From IMG/VR virus record IMGVR_UViG_3300029183_000039, positions 1 through 26,305 of that record: a stretch of DNA of 26,305 nucleotides; one strand, 5' to 3'. The notes beneath the pieces were generated by a model. It had not been told where the DNA came from, made no database searches, and was given only the letters and a program-made list of their open reading frames with translations. Shown here piece after piece: positions 22,575-26,305 of this stretch (positions within the stretch are counted from its first letter, which is position 1; every line of letters starts with the position of its first letter). The DNA comes from a virus (Duplodnaviria > Caudoviricetes). The translations under genes and the position numbers were made by a program.

Positions 22575-22846
22575 TGCCTTATATTAAACAACAAAGACGT
22601 AGGTTTATAGAGGGAGAGTTAGATTTATTAGCTGGTAAATTAGCTCTTATAGATACGTTAAATGCTGGAGATATGAATTACATATTTACATATTTATCTA
22701 AAGTTTATTTACAAGTTAAAGGCGAGAAATATCAGAATTATAACGATCTTATGGGCGCTTTAGAAGGATGTAAAATAGAATTATATAGACGAAGTATAGC
22801 TCCTTATGAAGACGCTAAGATCTATGAAAATGGAGATTTAAAATGA
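22574..22846 (+). CDS. Conserved phage helical protein (DUF6899-like)
   Basis: MPYIK..RR, G..NY, Y..YN...GALE..K.E.YRR..APYED.K..ENGD. Confidence 0.75.
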   Translation: MPYIKQQRRRFIEGELDLLAGKLALIDTLNAGDMNYIFTYLSKVYLQVKGEKYQNYNDLMGALEGCKIELYRRSIAPYEDAKIYENGDLK

Positions 22847-23124
22847 TACCTCAAGATCTTTATAGAAAAGTATATTATTGTTTAAGCTTATTTAAAAGCT
22901 ATAAAGATTTTGATTTAATGGTTTCTTTTGAGCCGATGAAACCGATTGGTTATAGAGTTGTTGTAGATGATATGATTTTAGGCGAGCTATATAAAGATCG
23001 CTTTATATCAAATGAGATTACATATGATGAATTATTAGCTTTGTTTAAAGAGTTTGAAGCAGAAATTTTAACTGAAAGAGATAATATATTAAAAGAAATA
23101 AAATCTTTAGGAGAAGCCTCATGA
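22843..23124 (+). CDS. Hypothetical protein
   Basis: 93 aa, ATGA overlaps. Confidence 0.6.
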   Translation: MIPQDLYRKVYYCLSLFKSYKDFDLMVSFEPMKPIGYRVVVDDMILGELYKDRFISNEITYDELLALFKEFEAEILTERDNILKEIKSLGEAS

Positions 23125-23624
23125 TTAGCTATTTAATAACATTTTATACGTTTGTTATCTTTGCTGTAGGACTTATAGTTACATATGATGTAGCTAAGAA
23201 AGAGCTAGAAAAGACTCCTGAACCTCCTATTAAGACGCATAACTTAACAGAATCTGATCTTGCTAAATTAAATAAAGTTCATCCTGACTTAAAGAAAGTA
23301 ATATTATTAGCAGCTACACGTATTGATATTGATTTTAAAGTAGGTGAAGGCCTTAGAAGTTTAGAAAAACAAAAAGAATATGTCCGTAAAGGTGTTTCTC
23401 AAACATTAAGGTCACGTCATTTAACAGGACATGCTGTAGATTTATGGATACTCGACGATAGAGGACGAGTTATTTGGCGACCTAAATCTGTCTACGAACC
23501 ATTATGGGCAGAGATTAAAAAGGCCGCTGACGAATTAGGGGTTTGTGTGGAGTGGGGAGGCTATTGGCGTACTCTGTATGACCCCTATCATATTCAACTA
23601 TGCCGGTCAAAGTATCCGGCTTAA
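23121..23624 (+). CDS. M15-family zinc peptidase (L-Ala-D-Glu type) with N-terminal TM helix
   Basis: L..VHPDL, EGLRS...Q, SRHLTGHAVD, WGG.W...D..H.QL. Confidence 0.88.
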   Translation: MISYLITFYTFVIFAVGLIVTYDVAKKELEKTPEPPIKTHNLTESDLAKLNKVHPDLKKVILLAATRIDIDFKVGEGLRSLEKQKEYVRKGVSQTLRSRHLTGHAVDLWILDDRGRVIWRPKSVYEPLWAEIKKAADELGVCVEWGGYWRTLYDPYHIQLCRSKYPA

Positions 23625-23634
23625 GAGGTAAAAA

Positions 23635-23811
23635 ATGATAGAGCTAAAATATAAAGGTATTGATATAAATATAACTATCGAGACAGAAGCTACCGGTTGT
23701 CAAGAACTTATTAACGATTTCTATGGGTTTCTAATAGCAATCGGTTATCAACCAGAGACAGTAAATAGTTATATTGACCGAGAGGGGATGATAGATTATG
23801 AAGATAAGTAA
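23635..23811 (+). CDS. Unannotated 58-aa hypothetical protein
   Basis: GAGGT RBS; MIELKYKG...FYGFLIAIGYQPETV... Confidence 0.55.
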   Translation: MIELKYKGIDINITIETEATGCQELINDFYGFLIAIGYQPETVNSYIDREGMIDYEDK

Positions 23812-24298
23812 TCGCGGAGTCGAATTTATTAAGAAAGAAGAAGGCTGTGTATTAACAGCTTATAAGTGTCCAGCTGGCGTATGGACTATAGGGTATGGTA
23901 GTACTGGAAGTCACGTACATAAAGGCCTGAGAATCTCTGAACCAGCAGCAGAGGAGCTCCTTAGAACCGATTTAAGGCGTTTTGAGGATGCTGTTAATAC
24001 TAAGGTACGGGTACCCCTCAATCAAGCCCAGTACGACGCTCTTGTTAGCTTTACGTTCAATGTAGGGGTAGGGGCTTTTAGTAAATCTACCTTACTTCGT
24101 AAATTAAATACTGGTGATTATACCAGTGTTAGATCAGAATTGGCTAGATGGAATAGAGGTGGAGGTAGAGTATTACGAGGCTTGACTCTCAGAAGACAAA
24201 GAGAAGCTGAGTTATTTTACTCAAAGGATGATACTCCCGATGATCCACCCCCAGAAACGAAAAAAACCCCTTGGTGGAAGAGGCTTCTTAAAAAATGA
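23798..24298 (+). CDS. GH24 lysozyme (endolysin) with Pro linker and basic C-terminal tail
   Basis: EG...AY.CPAGVWTIGYG.T, Q.QYDALVSFTFNVG, GL..RR..E. Confidence 0.92.
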   Translation: MKISNRGVEFIKKEEGCVLTAYKCPAGVWTIGYGSTGSHVHKGLRISEPAAEELLRTDLRRFEDAVNTKVRVPLNQAQYDALVSFTFNVGVGAFSKSTLLRKLNTGDYTSVRSELARWNRGGGRVLRGLTLRRQREAELFYSKDDTPDDPPPETKKTPWWKRLLKK

Positions 24299-24432
24299 AT
24301 AAATATATAATCGCTATTTTGGCAGCTTTGTTTGCAGGCATATTAGGAGCCACGCCTTGGTTACCTGAAATTATAGGATTACCGGTGGCAATATTAATAG
24401 GTTTAATACTTGTATCTAGTATAAGTTCTTAG
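24295..24432 (+). CDS. Unannotated 45-aa two-TM protein (holin candidate)
   Basis: ATGA overlap with lysozyme stop; MNKYIIAILAALFAGILGATPWLPEIIGLPVAILIGLILVSSISS. Confidence 0.5.
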   Translation: MNKYIIAILAALFAGILGATPWLPEIIGLPVAILIGLILVSSISS

Positions 24433-24662
24433 TTTTGTTTGTCCGCTAACTTCTCTAACGCACGTTTCATTTCATGAATATCTTCTTTAATCTCATTTTG
24501 CATGACTTCTATTGATGCCTGCTTTAAATCGATTTCTCTAGATACTTCTTTACGAGAAGGTACATTTCGAAGTTCGCCATTCAGATGTCTCATCCTGACC
24601 TCGATGCTACCGAGCCATAAGCTCAAAATTGTTGAAATTACACCTACTAAAATAGGATCCAT
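24429..24662 (-). CDS. N-terminal TM plus coiled-coil protein at the end of the late operon
   Basis: AAGGAG RBS; hydrophobic residues 3-20 then heptad pattern. Confidence 0.6.
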   Translation of the reverse strand: MDPILVGVISTILSLWLGSIEVRMRHLNGELRNVPSRKEVSREIDLKQASIEVMQNEIKEDIHEMKRALEKLADKQN

Positions 24663-24671
24663 TGTTACTCC

Positions 24672-26072
24672 TTAACTTGGAGTGAATAAGCAAGACCAGC
24701 TACCGTAAAAGCTATTCGAATAGCTTGTAGGACTTACTTCCACTCTAACTTGAATTATATCTCCTGCAGATACTGATAGGTTTGTACTTGTATCAGATCC
24801 ATTCTGTACTGCTCCGCTACTAGCAGGGAAGGATAGAGCTACTGTCGGACCAGCAGTCGTAGAATCCCCTGAAGTTCTTTTATATATAGTAAAATCTACA
24901 CTAATTGTAGAAGCCGGGAGACTTGTTTGTTGAGGATAGAAATGGCAGTATAAATTACTTATTGTCCCTGCATTTCGTATCTGTATAGCATGACCTTCAC
25001 TATTAGAAAATGTCTCAGGCCAATTGGATATGCGATCTACTGTATGTGCTGCATCTGCAACTGTAGACGAGATAGCCCTATACATTTTACCTCCGTCTCC
25101 GTTATTAAGAATTGGAGCAGAAAACATATAAGTAAAGATCTCGGTTGCCCTTCCTTCTTCAGTAGATATAGAACTATCTGTATATGCTTTAATAGATTGC
25201 TGAGTAGCTAACGCTGTAGCACTATCTGAACTTAAAGTATCTTCATCTAGACAATCAGTAACTGTAACTGATGGGAATGTTAGACTATTAGAATTTAAAT
25301 CTAAATCACCACCTAATTGAGGGGTAGAATCGTTAACTAATTCAAACGTTGCTATATCTAGGTTACTTAATTTAACTTTTTTATTAGTACTTGTTGAGAC
25401 ATCATAGCTCATAACTACATCGTTAGCCATATCTGGAGTTCCATCTGCAGTTAAGCTGTTAATATCTGGAGTTGTTCCTGCAATAGTTCCACCTGTTATA
25501 GTAACAGTATTGGAATTTTGCGTAGCCATCGAATCTATGCCTAAGTTTGTTCGAGCTCCAGCTGCAGTTGATGAGCCTGTTCCTCCGTCAGCTACTGCAA
25601 GATCTGTAATACCAGTAACAGTTCCTCCCGTCAAAGATACATCGTTAGCATCTTGTATAGCTATAGTGCCTATCAAATTAGCACTAGTGCCGCCTAGTAC
25701 AGATAGACTAGCTCTGGCTAATGAGGTATTAATTGATTGAAATCCTAAAGATAGTTTATCTAAAGCATTTTCTAAATTTTCTGCAGGCACAGTTCCATTA
25801 GGTGTTAAATCTAATGTTTGTTGAAAATTAGTAGTTGGTTCTATTAAAACAAACTCAGTAGCTGCGGGAGTATTTCCAGTAGTAAATGTTATATTCTTAC
25901 CGCTCCATGTATAATGAGTAGTTAAAGTTTGTAAAGTTTCAACACCTGCTGCAGATACTTTCTTAACGGTAAAATTATCAGAAGATCCCTCTATATCTAT
26001 AGATATAGGAAACGAATTAGTTGTACCGTCTCCTCTATATAAATCTTGAGTACTTAATTTAGATATTGTCAT
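24672..26072 (-). CDS. Tail fibre protein
   Basis: T7 gp17-like N-terminal GDG.T.SF and E.ALDKL motifs; GGTG...A..AR.NLG; D.TPQLGGDLDLN; TQQSIKAY; beta-rich tip. Confidence 0.85.
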   Translation of the reverse strand: MTISKLSTQDLYRGDGTTNSFPISIDIEGSSDNFTVKKVSAAGVETLQTLTTHYTWSGKNITFTTGNTPAATEFVLIEPTTNFQQTLDLTPNGTVPAENLENALDKLSLGFQSINTSLARASLSVLGGTSANLIGTIAIQDANDVSLTGGTVTGITDLAVADGGTGSSTAAGARTNLGIDSMATQNSNTVTITGGTIAGTTPDINSLTADGTPDMANDVVMSYDVSTSTNKKVKLSNLDIATFELVNDSTPQLGGDLDLNSNSLTFPSVTVTDCLDEDTLSSDSATALATQQSIKAYTDSSISTEEGRATEIFTYMFSAPILNNGDGGKMYRAISSTVADAAHTVDRISNWPETFSNSEGHAIQIRNAGTISNLYCHFYPQQTSLPASTISVDFTIYKRTSGDSTTAGPTVALSFPASSGAVQNGSDTSTNLSVSAGDIIQVRVEVSPTSYSNSFYGSWSCLFTPS

Positions 26073-26305
26073 TAGCTAAGCTCCAAATCCAAGGCTACTG
26101 AAATAGCTGATAAAGTTGCAGCTGATGAAGAGAGTACAACTTTTAGAAGGATATAATCTCCAGCACTAACACTCACAGAATTACCTGTATCAGATGCTGT
26201 TTTAGAAGTATCACTTATAGTAGCTGTTACGGCAGTATCTGCTGCATTCTTACGAACTGTACATGTATAACTTTCACTAGAACCAGGAGCTACATTAGCA
26301 GCTAG
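26072..26305 (-). CDS. Partial ORF: C-terminus of another fibre-like virion protein
   Basis: Manual translation ...ESYTCTVRKNAADTAVTATISDTSKTASDTGNSVSVSAGDYILLKVVLSSSAATLSAISVALDLELS*; stop overlaps next ATG. Confidence 0.7.
   Translation of the reverse strand, partial: LAANVAPGSSESYTCTVRKNAADTAVTATISDTSKTASDTGNSVSVSAGDYILLKVVLSSSAATLSAISVALDLELS

Noticed and set aside
18418-22594. Minus-strand ORFs 18418-18609, 20569-20844, 21016-21246 and 22325-22594
   Set aside because: Ser-rich mirrors of the Glu/Asp codons in well-supported + strand genes.
24990-25740. Plus-strand ORFs 24990-25211 and 25510-25740
   Set aside because: Antisense to the tail fibre gene.
24672-26305. BPP-1-type diversity-generating retroelement
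   Set aside because: No reverse transcriptase and no near-identical template/variable repeat pair seen.
1-26305. Prophage or lysogeny module; alternative genetic code
   Set aside because: No integrase, repressor or host flank seen; genes are intact under the standard code.

Overview
AT-rich tailed dsDNA phage sequence of podovirus type (BPP-1/T7-like portal, scaffold and capsid; no RNA polymerase, integrase or repressor visible). A minus-strand morphogenesis block (1-9645) carries small and large terminase, portal, scaffold, major capsid and a decoration protein, with a ~780-bp structured non-coding gap after terS. It diverges at ~9650-9780 from one continuous plus-strand block (9785-24432) encoding many small membrane proteins, a membrane-anchored glutaredoxin, a membrane-anchored ClpP-like peptidase, a 3-TM holin-like protein, an ankyrin-like protein, SSB, a family A DNA polymerase with an atypical motif B, a YqaJ exonuclease, a sigma70-family factor, an HslV-like Ntn protease, RusA, a DEDD exonuclease, a ClpX-like AAA+ unfoldase, nucleotide-pool enzymes and two peptidoglycan hydrolases. 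This block converges on minus-strand tail-fibre genes (24429-26305). Most notable: (1) a phage-encoded proteolysis kit (ClpX-like, HslV-like, ClpP-like) beside a phage sigma factor; (2) a PolA/SSB module with no primase or helicase; (3) the repeat-, hairpin- and G-run-rich gap downstream of terS. All calls are from motif recognition by eye; no searches were run.
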